The notes: generated by a model from the letters alone, not told the origin. 64,000 nt of DNA from an uncultured Cyclobacteriaceae bacterium (GCA_943788615.1 CALSQY010000004.1:561790-625789); one strand, 5' to 3'; shown: positions 40,343-49,477, numbered from the stretch's first letter. A program made the numbers and translations.

Positions 40343-41421
40343 CCCTGCATTTAAATTTAGAAAAATTATTTGCTTCCCTACCTACCCTGTTTAATAAAGG
40401 TTATGTATTCTTATTTTTTACTGCTCTTTTAATTGTGTTTTTTATCCTCAAAAAATATCAGTATTTGCTGCGGTCGCTGCTTCCTTTTAAATATATCGAA
40501 AAATCTATCACTGAAGATCTACTCAAACAGCTCTATCATATAACGTCGGGTCAAAAGATCACGGACTTTAGGATGCTTTCAAGAGCCTTAAAAATACCAG
40601 AACGAAAAATATTAAAAGTCTTTGAATCAATGACTCAAAACGGACTGATCTATATATCTGACGGCCATATTACGCTGACCAAAACTGGGAAAAACTATGC
40701 TCTAAGCATCATCAGAATTCATCGATTATGGGAAAAATATCTTTCAGAGAAAACTGGTTTTGATAAATCCCTATGGCATGACTTGGCAGAAGCTAAAGAG
40801 CATCAATTATCAAAGGAAGAAACTGAGGCACTTTATGAAGAACTCGGGAGGCCTCGATTTGATCCACATGGTGATCCTATTCCCACTGCTTTAGGCGAAA
40901 TGATTTCGGAGATGGGTACCTCGATTGTAGGCATTCCCAAAGGAACCGTTGCAAAAATCATACACATTGAAGATGAGCCTAAATCAATTTATCGCAAGAT
41001 TATCAAAGAAAAATTGCATGTCGGTGCACATGTTAAAATACTCACCTCTGACGATCATCATATCATTTTTGAGTCTGAAGGACACTCCATTCAATTGTCT
41101 ACTATCGTAGCTAGCAATATTCAAGTAGTGCTTTTAAACTCACAAGAGGCGTACGAAGAAGGCAAAGTGCGTCTTTCTAGTTTGATCGAAGGGGAACATG
41201 CAACGATTTTAGGTATTTCTAGCGAATGTAGGGGTGCCAACCGGCGCAGGTTACTTGACCTAGGATTCATCAAAGGTACTTTGCTTACTATAGAGTATAT
41301 GGGGCCTAACCAAAACCCAAGAGCTTATCGACTCCGAAATACTTTAATTGCCTTGAGAAATGATCAAGCTGATTTCATCCTGATTGAAAAAACCCAATAT
41401 GACAGAACTCGAATCTTGTGA
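40339..41421 (+). CDS. Membrane-anchored DtxR-like regulator fused to SH3-like and FeoA domains
   Basis: Hydrophobic span GYVFLFFTALLIVFFIL near the N-terminus, then wHTH, IIRIHRLWEKYL, HDLAEAKEH and DPHGDPIP. Two SH3/FeoA-type modules follow (last one: GEHATILGISSECRGANRRRLLDLGFIKGTLLTIEY). ATGA overlap with the upstream gene. Confidence 0.7.
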   Translation: MTLHLNLEKLFASLPTLFNKGYVFLFFTALLIVFFILKKYQYLLRSLLPFKYIEKSITEDLLKQLYHITSGQKITDFRMLSRALKIPERKILKVFESMTQNGLIYISDGHITLTKTGKNYALSIIRIHRLWEKYLSEKTGFDKSLWHDLAEAKEHQLSKEETEALYEELGRPRFDPHGDPIPTALGEMISEMGTSIVGIPKGTVAKIIHIEDEPKSIYRKIIKEKLHVGAHVKILTSDDHHIIFESEGHSIQLSTIVASNIQVVLLNSQEAYEEGKVRLSSLIEGEHATILGISSECRGANRRRLLDLGFIKGTLLTIEYMGPNQNPRAYRLRNTLIALRNDQADFILIEKTQYDRTRIL

Positions 41422-42163
41422 TTCATGTGCGCTAAATAATTCAGCACAACTACTAAAGCTGGGCATTAATGTAGAGAATGCTGACTACGTCATTGCCTTG
41501 GCTGGTAACCCCAATACAGGTAAAAGCACGGTCTTCAATGCCCTTACTGGACTCAAGCAGCACACGGGCAACTGGCCTGGAAAAACTGTTACCCGCGCAG
41601 AAGGAGGCTACCGCTTTAAAGATCACAAAATGAAGCTGATTGATCTACCAGGAACCTATTCTTTGTTATCTACCTCCCAAGATGAAGAAATTGCAAGAAA
41701 TTTTATCCTTTTTGGCAAGCCGGATGTCACCATCATTATAGTCGATGCTGCTAGAATAGAAAGGAATCTCAATTTAGTTTTACAAATACTCGAAATCACA
41801 GATCGCGCCGTGCTTTGCCTCAATCTTATGGATGAAGCGCTCAGACATCATATTGATATCGATGAACGGACCTTAGGCAAAGAACTGGGTATTCCCGTCG
41901 TTAAATGCAGTGCCATTAAGAAGCAAGGTATCTCTGAATTGATCAGCACTGTACATCAAGTGGCTATGCGGCAAATCATCTGTAAACCTTACCGCATCAA
42001 AGGGCTCTCAAAACCTGCCCAAAAAATGGTCGACAAATTAGATAAAAAAATAAGAAAAAACTATCCCGGACTACCCAACAGCAGATGGATTGCCATGCGA
42101 CTCTTAGATGCAGATGCAGATATTATTAAAGCACTTAAAAATGGCGATTTTATAAATCATTAG
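41399..42163 (+). CDS. feoB: FeoB N-terminal G-domain plus part of the helical domain, as a separate polypeptide
   Basis: G1 [10 protein letters not shown]3 DLPGTYS, G4 NLMD. ATG 41399 is preferred over TTG 41384. Ends at TAG 42161-42163. Confidence 0.8.
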   Translation: MTELESCDSCALNNSAQLLKLGINVENADYVIALAGNPNTGKSTVFNALTGLKQHTGNWPGKTVTRAEGGYRFKDHKMKLIDLPGTYSLLSTSQDEEIARNFILFGKPDVTIIIVDAARIERNLNLVLQILEITDRAVLCLNLMDEALRHHIDIDERTLGKELGIPVVKCSAIKKQGISELISTVHQVAMRQIICKPYRIKGLSKPAQKMVDKLDKKIRKNYPGLPNSRWIAMRLLDADADIIKALKNGDFINH

Positions 42164-42164
42164 C

Positions 42165-43580
42165 ATGGAAAACAAAGATATACAAGACCTCTTGGATCTG
42201 GCCTCTGAGCTCAGATGGGAAGTTGGGGAAAACTTTCATGATACTTTGGTCGAAGGTATTTATGCTGATGCTGCTCACATTGCCCAAAAGACAGAAATTA
42301 AGATAGGAGAACCCAATCCTTATAATTTTGAAAGAAAATTAGATCAAGTACTTACCAGTAAAAAATACGGCTTCCCCATAATGATTCTAATCCTTTCGAT
42401 CATTTTATGGCTGACGATTCAAGGAGCAAATTATCCATCTGGCTTATTGGCGAGCTTCTTTTTAGAGTTTCTTCATCCCATACTCAAGACAGGAGCTTCC
42501 CAAGTAGGTCTTCCTTGGTGGTTAGATGGTTTTCTCATCGACGGAGTCTACTTGGCCTTGGGTTGGGTCATCTCGGTGATGCTTCCCCCTATGGCCATCT
42601 TCTTCCCCATGTTTACCTTGCTCGAAGATTTTGGTTATTTGCCCAGAGTGGCTTTCAATCTCGATTCATTATTCAAAAAGTCTGGTGCACATGGTAAACA
42701 AGCTCTCACCATGAGTATGGGATGGGGTTGTAATGCTGCAGGCGTAGTCGCGACTCGTATCATTGACAGCCCAAGAGAACGGCTCATTGCCATTATTACT
42801 AATAACTTTTCACTCTGCAATGGCCGATGGCCCACCCAAATATTGATCGCTACTATTTTTATCGGCGCCTTGGTACCCGATAGTTTTTCAACTATTCTGG
42901 CCAGTATAGCCGTCATTAATATCGCTCTTTTAGGTATCGGATTTACTTTTTTATCCTCATGGATGTTGTCAAAAACCTTATTAAAAGGAGAAGTCTCCAC
43001 TTTTGCCTTAGAATTACCTCCTTACCGTCCTCCTAATCTCTGGACTACCCTTTATACTTCATTGATTGATCGAACTTTAATCGTATTATGGCGGGCTATG
43101 GTCTTTGCGGCGCCTGCAGGTGCCATCATCTGGTTGATTTCCAATATTTATGTGGATAATTTAAGCTTGGCTAACATTACCATTGATTGGATGGATGGTT
43201 TTGGGCTATTTTTTGGCTTGAATGGAGTCATCTTATTGGCCTATGTGGTAGCCATTCCTGCCAATGAAATTGTCATTCCCACTATTTTGATGCTTACCGT
43301 TGCCCACCTAAATCTCATGGGTGCAGGCGATGGCGTCATGTTTGAGCTAGAATCGACAACAGAAACGGCTGCCTTGCTCCACGCGGGAGGTTGGACCCTG
43401 CTCACAGGTATTAATTTAATGCTCTTTAGTCTGCTCCATAATCCATGCAGTACGACTATTTATACTATATACCAGGAAACTAAAAGCTGGAAATGGACCG
43501 CATTTGCAAGTATTATGCCGGTGATTTTAGGCTTTTTGGTCACCTTTTTGGTTACACAAATTTGGCAATTATTCCATTGA
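42165..43580 (+). CDS. feoB: FeoB membrane (gate/nucleoside-recognition) domains, as a separate polypeptide
   Basis: The ATG lies 1 nt after the stop of the G-domain gene. [20 protein letters not shown] matches the DRIxxHxxxGxPIFL entry to the FeoB TM region. Multiple TM spans and the GWGCNAAGV motif are present. Confidence 0.8.
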   Translation: MENKDIQDLLDLASELRWEVGENFHDTLVEGIYADAAHIAQKTEIKIGEPNPYNFERKLDQVLTSKKYGFPIMILILSIILWLTIQGANYPSGLLASFFLEFLHPILKTGASQVGLPWWLDGFLIDGVYLALGWVISVMLPPMAIFFPMFTLLEDFGYLPRVAFNLDSLFKKSGAHGKQALTMSMGWGCNAAGVVATRIIDSPRERLIAIITNNFSLCNGRWPTQILIATIFIGALVPDSFSTILASIAVINIALLGIGFTFLSSWMLSKTLLKGEVSTFALELPPYRPPNLWTTLYTSLIDRTLIVLWRAMVFAAPAGAIIWLISNIYVDNLSLANITIDWMDGFGLFFGLNGVILLAYVVAIPANEIVIPTILMLTVAHLNLMGAGDGVMFELESTTETAALLHAGGWTLLTGINLMLFSLLHNPCSTTIYTIYQETKSWKWTAFASIMPVILGFLVTFLVTQIWQLFH

Positions 43581-43701
43581 ATGATAGTCTTGCAAATAAA
43601 AAAGTGCCTTTCCCCAATGCTCAAAATAAAAAACGAGGATGGCTAACTTGCCTTGACATTGAGCATAAAATCCTTTATATCACCTACCTTGCACCGATAA
43701 C

Positions 43702-45069
43702 ATGAATACACATAAAGATACCATTGTTGCTTTGGCCACCGCCCCGGGTATCGGTGCGATCGGTATTATTAGAATTTCTGGGGCTGCTGCTTTTCCTATC
43801 GTCAACACATTATTTCCAAGTAAGGACCTAAATATTCAAAAAACACATACCATACATTACGGGCATTTATTGAAAAATAATCAAATTCTTGATGAAGTAG
43901 TAGTCTCCTTGTTCAAAGGCCCCCAATCTTATACAAAGGAAGACGTCATTGAAATCTCATGTCATGGATCCCCTTACTTGCTCCAAAGAGTAATTGAAGC
44001 CCTTATCGATGGAGGTGCTCGATTAGCCAAACCTGGTGAATTTACCCAAAGGGCCTTCCTCAACGGGCGGTTTGATTTGGCTCAGGCGGAGGCGGTCGCA
44101 GATCTGATCGCTTCAGAAAATGAAACCGCACATCAGGCAGCGATCAATCAAATGCGGGGAGGATTTTCCGACGAAATCAAAAAATTAAGAGAAGAATTGA
44201 TCCATTTTGCATCTATGATCGAACTAGAACTTGATTTTGGTGAAGAAGATGTAGAATTTGCCAATCGTGAAGAGCTCAAATCATTAGTTGGGAAAATTCA
44301 AGAAGTAATCCAAGGATTGATCGAAAGCTTCAGCTTGGGAAACGTCATCAAAAAAGGCATACCCACGGTGATCGCCGGTAAACCTAATTCAGGCAAATCT
44401 ACCCTACTCAATGCCTTGCTCAATGAAGAAAAAGCCATCGTCTCGAATATCCCAGGTACGACCCGAGATTTTATTGAAGATGAAATTATTTTGGCAGGCA
44501 TCCCCTTTCGATTTGTAGATACGGCAGGTATCCGGGCTACGGAAGATCAAGTAGAGGCCATAGGTGTCGCTCGGACACATACCAAAATGCGGGAAGCTTC
44601 TATCCTGCTCTATATAGTTGACCTTCAAAATGACAACTTATCTGCTTATCAGGAACAATTGTCCTCCTTAGAGAATCAGGAAGTACCTTTTATCATCGTA
44701 GGTAATAAGCTAGATCAAGCAGACCAAAATTTAAAAACACATGTCCAAGCTCATGATCGGGCAGTCTTGATTTCTGCCGCTTCTAAAACCAATCTCGAGG
44801 GATTGAAAAGCAAACTGATTAATCTCCTAGATCTGGCCCACTTTAAAAATAGTAATACCATCGTGACCAATGTGCGTCATTATGAGGGATTGATGCAAAC
44901 GAAAATAGCCCTTCAAAAAGTATTGCAAGGTATCGCCGATGACATTACCCATGATTTTCTGGCAGCCGACATTCGACAATCATTACATGCCTTAGGAGAA
45001 ATCACTGGCGAAATTACCACAGATGATTTACTCGATAATATATTTACTAAATTCTGTATCGGGAAGTAA
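43702..45069 (+). CDS. mnmE: tRNA modification GTPase MnmE (TrmE)
   Basis: DTIVALATAPG N-terminus, G-domain GKPNSGKSTLLN / DTAGIR / GNKLD, C-terminal FCIGK motif. Confidence 0.95.
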   Translation: MNTHKDTIVALATAPGIGAIGIIRISGAAAFPIVNTLFPSKDLNIQKTHTIHYGHLLKNNQILDEVVVSLFKGPQSYTKEDVIEISCHGSPYLLQRVIEALIDGGARLAKPGEFTQRAFLNGRFDLAQAEAVADLIASENETAHQAAINQMRGGFSDEIKKLREELIHFASMIELELDFGEEDVEFANREELKSLVGKIQEVIQGLIESFSLGNVIKKGIPTVIAGKPNSGKSTLLNALLNEEKAIVSNIPGTTRDFIEDEIILAGIPFRFVDTAGIRATEDQVEAIGVARTHTKMREASILLYIVDLQNDNLSAYQEQLSSLENQEVPFIIVGNKLDQADQNLKTHVQAHDRAVLISAASKTNLEGLKSKLINLLDLAHFKNSNTIVTNVRHYEGLMQTKIALQKVLQGIADDITHDFLAADIRQSLHALGEITGEITTDDLLDNIFTKFCIGK

Positions 45070-45228
45070 TCGCCCTTCTTATAATTAGTTAAATCCTTTT
45101 TCTTTAGTGCTTAAAGACATTTATTTTTTTACTTATCGCTAGTTTTCCTATTATTCCCATATTTTTTGTTAAGAGAAATAAATTTATTGTTAGAAATAGA
45201 TTTATGGAGTAAAGAGGAAATTATACAA

Positions 45229-45305
45229 CATACCCACAAAGACTCTTAGAAAGGCTTATTTAAGCGGAGGTTAATTATCCGTTTTAATTACTTTTAAAAT
45301 ATGAG
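45229..45305 (+). repeat. Copy A of a ~75-nt conserved leader ending in ATGAG
   Basis: catacccacaaagaCTCTTAGAAAggcttatttaAGCgGAG...gttttaattac...ATGAG. See copy B. CTCTTAG starts 58 nt before the ATG. That ATG opens only a 17-codon ORF. Confidence 0.5.
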
Positions 45306-45493
45306 AAAATTTTTAATACTGCTAACAGGGTTTATCTTTTTAGATTCTTTCTAATATAATCAATTATTCTATAATATCGCACAACCTATGAGAACCTCAG
45401 AAATTGGATTTTAATTGTTTTAATATACTTTTTCTATTGACTTTCATGCGAACTATATAGGTTTGGACAAATAAGGATCTAATGAATTAATGA

Positions 45494-46171
45494 ATGGATA
45501 AATCTCTAGAAAGGACGTTAAAACAAGCATGCGAAAAAAAATTTAAAATTTCTTTAAAAGAAATGAAAAATTGCTGTGTAACTAATGAGGATTATATGTT
45601 AGTGAAGTATGATGATAAGATTTTTCTAGTCATAGATTATAACTCATATCACAACATAGTAGAGACCACTCTGGTTAAAGCAGAAGATAGTTATATAAGA
45701 ATTTCATGGAATGTTTTAGTGAACTCTGAGATTGATTACTTTCATGATAACCCAACCTACAGGGGTGCTCTGTGGCAATCATTAGATAGATTGGAGCGTG
45801 AATTCATTCAACATAAATTGCCACTTGGAAAAATAAAAGGGGATGTTTATTGGGAAGCAATTTATTCAAACCCTGTTGTTTACCAGAAGGCTTTAAAGGC
45901 TCTTTATCATACTTTTCCTAATAGAGATAAACTCGTTAATGGCATTGTTCGAATTGGCTTCAATGAAAATTTTGAAGATCTTTTAATTAATTGCAAAAAA
46001 ATTGATAGGATTGAAGTCTTTACAAGAAGTATTCAATTCAATGGCAATTTGTTGATGACTTTTGGTAACCGAAAACCTGATATGGATGAACACTTTATTG
46101 ATTTTTATAGTACGGCAGGGTCCAGATATCAACATTTATATGATTACCTAATGGAATCGAGACAAAAGTAA
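45494..46171 (+). CDS. Hypothetical protein (225 aa), ORFan-like
   Basis: Long open frame in AT-rich DNA. No motif recognised. Confidence 0.5.
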   Translation: MDKSLERTLKQACEKKFKISLKEMKNCCVTNEDYMLVKYDDKIFLVIDYNSYHNIVETTLVKAEDSYIRISWNVLVNSEIDYFHDNPTYRGALWQSLDRLEREFIQHKLPLGKIKGDVYWEAIYSNPVVYQKALKALYHTFPNRDKLVNGIVRIGFNENFEDLLINCKKIDRIEVFTRSIQFNGNLLMTFGNRKPDMDEHFIDFYSTAGSRYQHLYDYLMESRQK

Positions 46172-46272
46172 AAATTTTAGTAGCGAGGAGGCGATTAGAA
46201 ATCTAACTTCACTAACTGCGAAAAATAAGCTTCCTCAGAAGATTAATATAAGATTATTCAGATTCACTCTGT

Positions 46273-46350
46273 CATACACAAAAAAGCTCTTAGAAATGCC
46301 AATTTTAGCTGAGAGAAATACTTTAACTTAGTTTTAAGTAATTAAATGAG
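46273..46350 (+). repeat. Copy B of the ~75-nt conserved leader ending in ATGAG
   Basis: catacacaaaaaagCTCTTAGAAAtgccaattttAGCtGAG...gttttaagtaatt...ATGAG. CTCTTAG starts 59 nt before the ATG. By hand alignment, identity to copy A is about 70% over the first ~45 nt. Confidence 0.5.
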
Positions 46351-46635
46351 CCTAACTGAAACATATCCTGACTTAGACAAACGGTGGTACCCTACTAAGG
46401 ATGGTGATTTAACTCCGAATAATTTTAACTTTGGAGCCAAAAAAATTGGTGGAAGTGCAATAAAGCCATAAATCATGACTATCAAGCACAAATTCAAGAA
46501 AGATCTTGGGGGCGTGGTTGTTCTTATTGCAGTGGTAAAAAGGTTGCATTGTAAAATTACTTAGCTACCATTGATATTGAATTATCCAAGAAAAGGCATC
46601 TGTATAACGTCAGCAAATTGGAAAGATTTTTTTAA
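46346..46635 (+). pseudogene. Decayed zinc-ribbon (DUF4379-like, treble-clef) repeat gene fragment
   Basis: The fragment starts MSLTETYPDLDKRWYPTKDGDLTPNNFNFGAKK. After a frame change in the A-run at about 46439-46445 it reads WWKCNKAINHDYQAQIQERSWGRGCSYCSGKKVAL. An in-frame TAA (46552-46554) is followed by NYLATIDIELSKK..., the start of a second repeat unit. Confidence 0.6.
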
Positions 46636-46815
46636 ATATAATATGGTCATTTAGTTTAACCACAAATGAGTGATAAATTGTTATTGGTATAATCTATGTG
46701 GTTACTTTTTTTAAATCTAAAGTATCAATAAAACGGCAAAAAAGGGATTTTAGTAAATCACTAAAGAGCTATTAAGTATTGACTAAGAGATTATTGGTGT
46801 TTTTTTCTATTGATT

Positions 46816-47820
46816 ATGAATGGAATTAGGAAGTATAAAAAAATTTATGAGGAGGAAATTGAAAATGATTTTAATGATTTATATAAGAAATTGAAAAGGG
46901 AATATATAAGTAATGAAGAAAGATTAGAAAGATTAGAAAGATTGAATGGATATACTAATAATAAATTAGATCATTTTGATAAAGTAGGAGAAAGGTTAAG
47001 AAATAAGTGGATTGGAAAAGAAGGTTATATTTTAAGTAAGAAGGTTGAGTATAAAATATGGAAAAAAATAAATGAGGATAATCATAAAATATTTGGTATT
47101 GGTTGGGGTAATTTCATAACTAAAAAGGAATTAGAAGACTTAAAAACATTTATAAATGGTAGAGGAGATCATTATTACAATTGGTTAAAATGGGATGAGA
47201 AATTAATAGATTTAGTAAAGAAGGAATCTTTATTTATAGATATTGATAATAATTTTAAATATTATAAAGTTTACATAAAAAAGAATTCGTTTGAGAAGAA
47301 AGAAGTCATTATTGAAGATTATTATGGAGTTAAACTAGGTCTGGAGTTATTTTCTTTTGATTCAGACAATAAGAAAACAATGAGATTTAAACCTAAAAAA
47401 GATGATATATTAAGTTTTTTTAGAGAAAGAGATGAAATTTTAAAGAATTTAAATAATAGTTATGTTAGGATTAGTAGATGGTTAAATGAAAAATATAAAC
47501 ATATTTTAGAGTGGGATAATCATAGTGGGTGGTTTTTAGATAGATTAGTATGCGAGATATATTATGAAGTTGATGATGGTAAGTTGAAAACACATATTAA
47601 TAAGATAAAGGATATGATAAATAGAGGGCATATTAGTGAATGGATAATGGATGAGATATTAATGGTAAAGAGGAATGATGAGTGGAATACTGACGAAGAA
47701 TTGATTGAGTGGGTTGGTGAGTATAAGGAAAGAAAGAAAATATATGAAAAGGAAAATAAGATTAAGAAGGTAATAGAAGTAAAAAATCGTAAAAAATTTG
47801 GATTCAAATGGGTTGAATAG
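46816..47820 (+). CDS. Hypothetical Lys/Glu/Trp-rich protein encoded by a cytosine-depleted gene
   Basis: The frame is open for 336 codons (from TTG 46810; ATG at 46816) in DNA where stops should occur about every 10 codons. No domain recognised. The product contains no Ala, no Gln, one Pro and 12 Trp. Confidence 0.6.
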   Translation: MNGIRKYKKIYEEEIENDFNDLYKKLKREYISNEERLERLERLNGYTNNKLDHFDKVGERLRNKWIGKEGYILSKKVEYKIWKKINEDNHKIFGIGWGNFITKKELEDLKTFINGRGDHYYNWLKWDEKLIDLVKKESLFIDIDNNFKYYKVYIKKNSFEKKEVIIEDYYGVKLGLELFSFDSDNKKTMRFKPKKDDILSFFRERDEILKNLNNSYVRISRWLNEKYKHILEWDNHSGWFLDRLVCEIYYEVDDGKLKTHINKIKDMINRGHISEWIMDEILMVKRNDEWNTDEELIEWVGEYKERKKIYEKENKIKKVIEVKNRKKFGFKWVE

Positions 47821-48262
47821 GGTGAAAAAATGCCCTTTAAATGATATACGTAGATTGTTGATTATTTAGGTGTGAAACTAAAATCTATTATTTAATTAGC
47901 AAACATTTGTTCCCAATCAAAGTCACTAAGTTAATCAGTGTCAACGATACTATTTTCCTTAGGTTTAGAATTCAAGGTGATAGACAATGGAAAAAGTTGG
48001 GTAAAGTCAAAGTTAATTTTATTGAGATCAGAACAAGTACAAATTGACCAAACATGACTACTGCGTCAACGGAAGGACTTTCACAAAACAATCACCTATT
48101 AAAATCAATTACAGTAGCTAATACAGCAAAAATATATTTTTTTATTTCTACTGATTAAAATGACAATAGTAGCCGGTTGTGTTGGCATTTGACGGTCCGG
48201 ATCGATGTGTATATTAATTTGTAAAGTGTTTGATAGTAATGGAATTAAATATGTCTATCAGT

Positions 48263-48739
48263 TTATTGTCTAGTCCAAGTTTCAGCATATTCTCCCTCAA
48301 ACCAAATAACAATCATTGAACTGAGATCTGAGGAAAACTCAAGAGAATATGGTTTATAGCTCCCTTCATCACCATTAAACTCATAATTATTATTACCAAG
48401 ATTTGTCCAGGTCTCTTTATATGTAATTGGCCAATTTCCAAAAGGCATTTTCCCCGCACCAGGGCCTCCTATCCAGCATTTCCATATCTTTTGTATTGCT
48501 TCTGTTGTAGTAATATTCCATTTGTTTGGTTTGCCATGGTCACTTTTCAAAAAACAAGATCTTAAGGAATTTGGATTCTCCTTTGATCCAGTCCATTCTT
48601 CATTAGTTAAAACCCATGAACCTATAATTCGGTCGATGGTATCAACAGCAATGGGATCATCACTATCTTCACCACAATTGGTGAACAATACAAGTGAATA
48701 AAGGATACTTAAGAGAAGGAGATATTTGAAGTGAGGCAT
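48263..48739 (-). CDS. Small lipoprotein (158 aa), paralogous signal peptide set 1
   Basis: MPHFKYLLLLSILYSLVLFTNCGEDSDD lipobox. The mature part is W/G-rich and may be lipocalin-like. Confidence 0.6.
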   Translation of the reverse strand: MPHFKYLLLLSILYSLVLFTNCGEDSDDPIAVDTIDRIIGSWVLTNEEWTGSKENPNSLRSCFLKSDHGKPNKWNITTTEAIQKIWKCWIGGPGAGKMPFGNWPITYKETWTNLGNNNYEFNGDEGSYKPYSLEFSSDLSSMIVIWFEGEYAETWTRQ

Positions 48740-48844
48740 GTTTTTTAGCCTTTTTTAAATCGAAATGAATAATAATTTTCCGCAATTCACTAATTAACTT
48801 ATGAAAAAAAGAGGTGTTTTCTAATTTTAATTTTATTTACTAAA

Positions 48845-49477
48845 TTAATTGCATTCTGTAGACTGAATAAGATCATCGACTATTGATTCTGAATTTACCT
48901 TTGTAAATTTATAAATGAAAGAAGGATCTATATCTATGCAGCCATTATCGAGAATAAAATTTATATTATAAAAACACCTTCCCGCGCTATTATTAATATC
49001 CCATTTACCTGGTTCTAGTATAAAATCAATACCATCCCCATTATCTATAACAGTAAGCCTCAGGTAATAATCCTTTGAGTTATAGTAAAGGGGATCAAAA
49101 TAACCTGTTTGAAAAAAAACTTTGACAATTTCATTAGATTTAAGGATAGCACTTAATTCATTAGTGTCCTCATTTAGCCCCATTACTTGGTAGATACCAG
49201 TATATTTTGTAGAAGTATGATGGGTAATGGTATCCAAGATTAACGAGCTTGAATTATCATATCGACAAGAATCTGTCAATAATGACCAAAATAAATTTCC
49301 ATTATTAATTTGAATAATTGTCGTACCGGAAGGATTTAATTCACTCGTTGCTTCAAGCATGTAATAGCCATTACGTTTTTGTAATATGAAATCGTCATCG
49401 ATTTCATCAAGACAATTGGTGAAAAAAACGAGTGAATAAATAATACTGAAGAATAAAAAAAATTTGAAGTGTTTCAT
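48845..49477 (-). CDS. Lipoprotein (210 aa), paralogous signal peptide set 2
   Basis: The MKHFKFFLFFSIIYSLVFFTNCLDEIDD lipobox is nearly identical to that of the neighbouring gene. The mature parts are unrelated by eye. Confidence 0.6.
   Translation of the reverse strand: MKHFKFFLFFSIIYSLVFFTNCLDEIDDDFILQKRNGYYMLEATSELNPSGTTIIQINNGNLFWSLLTDSCRYDNSSSLILDTITHHTSTKYTGIYQVMGLNEDTNELSAILKSNEIVKVFFQTGYFDPLYYNSKDYYLRLTVIDNGDGIDFILEPGKWDINNSAGRCFYNINFILDNGCIDIDPSFIYKFTKVNSESIVDDLIQSTECN

Noticed and set aside
45049-45069. Looked for a downstream direct repeat of the mnmE 3' end that would define att sites of an SGI1-like island.
   Set aside because: I found no convincing copy by eye between 45070 and 54200. 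The island hypothesis is therefore kept only as inference in the findings.
46920-46946. A 9-nt unit (gaaagatta) repeated three times, giving ERLERLERL in the C-depleted ORF.
   Set aside because: It is too short to be a meaningful tandem repeat locus. It is an in-frame coiled-coil-like motif within the CDS.
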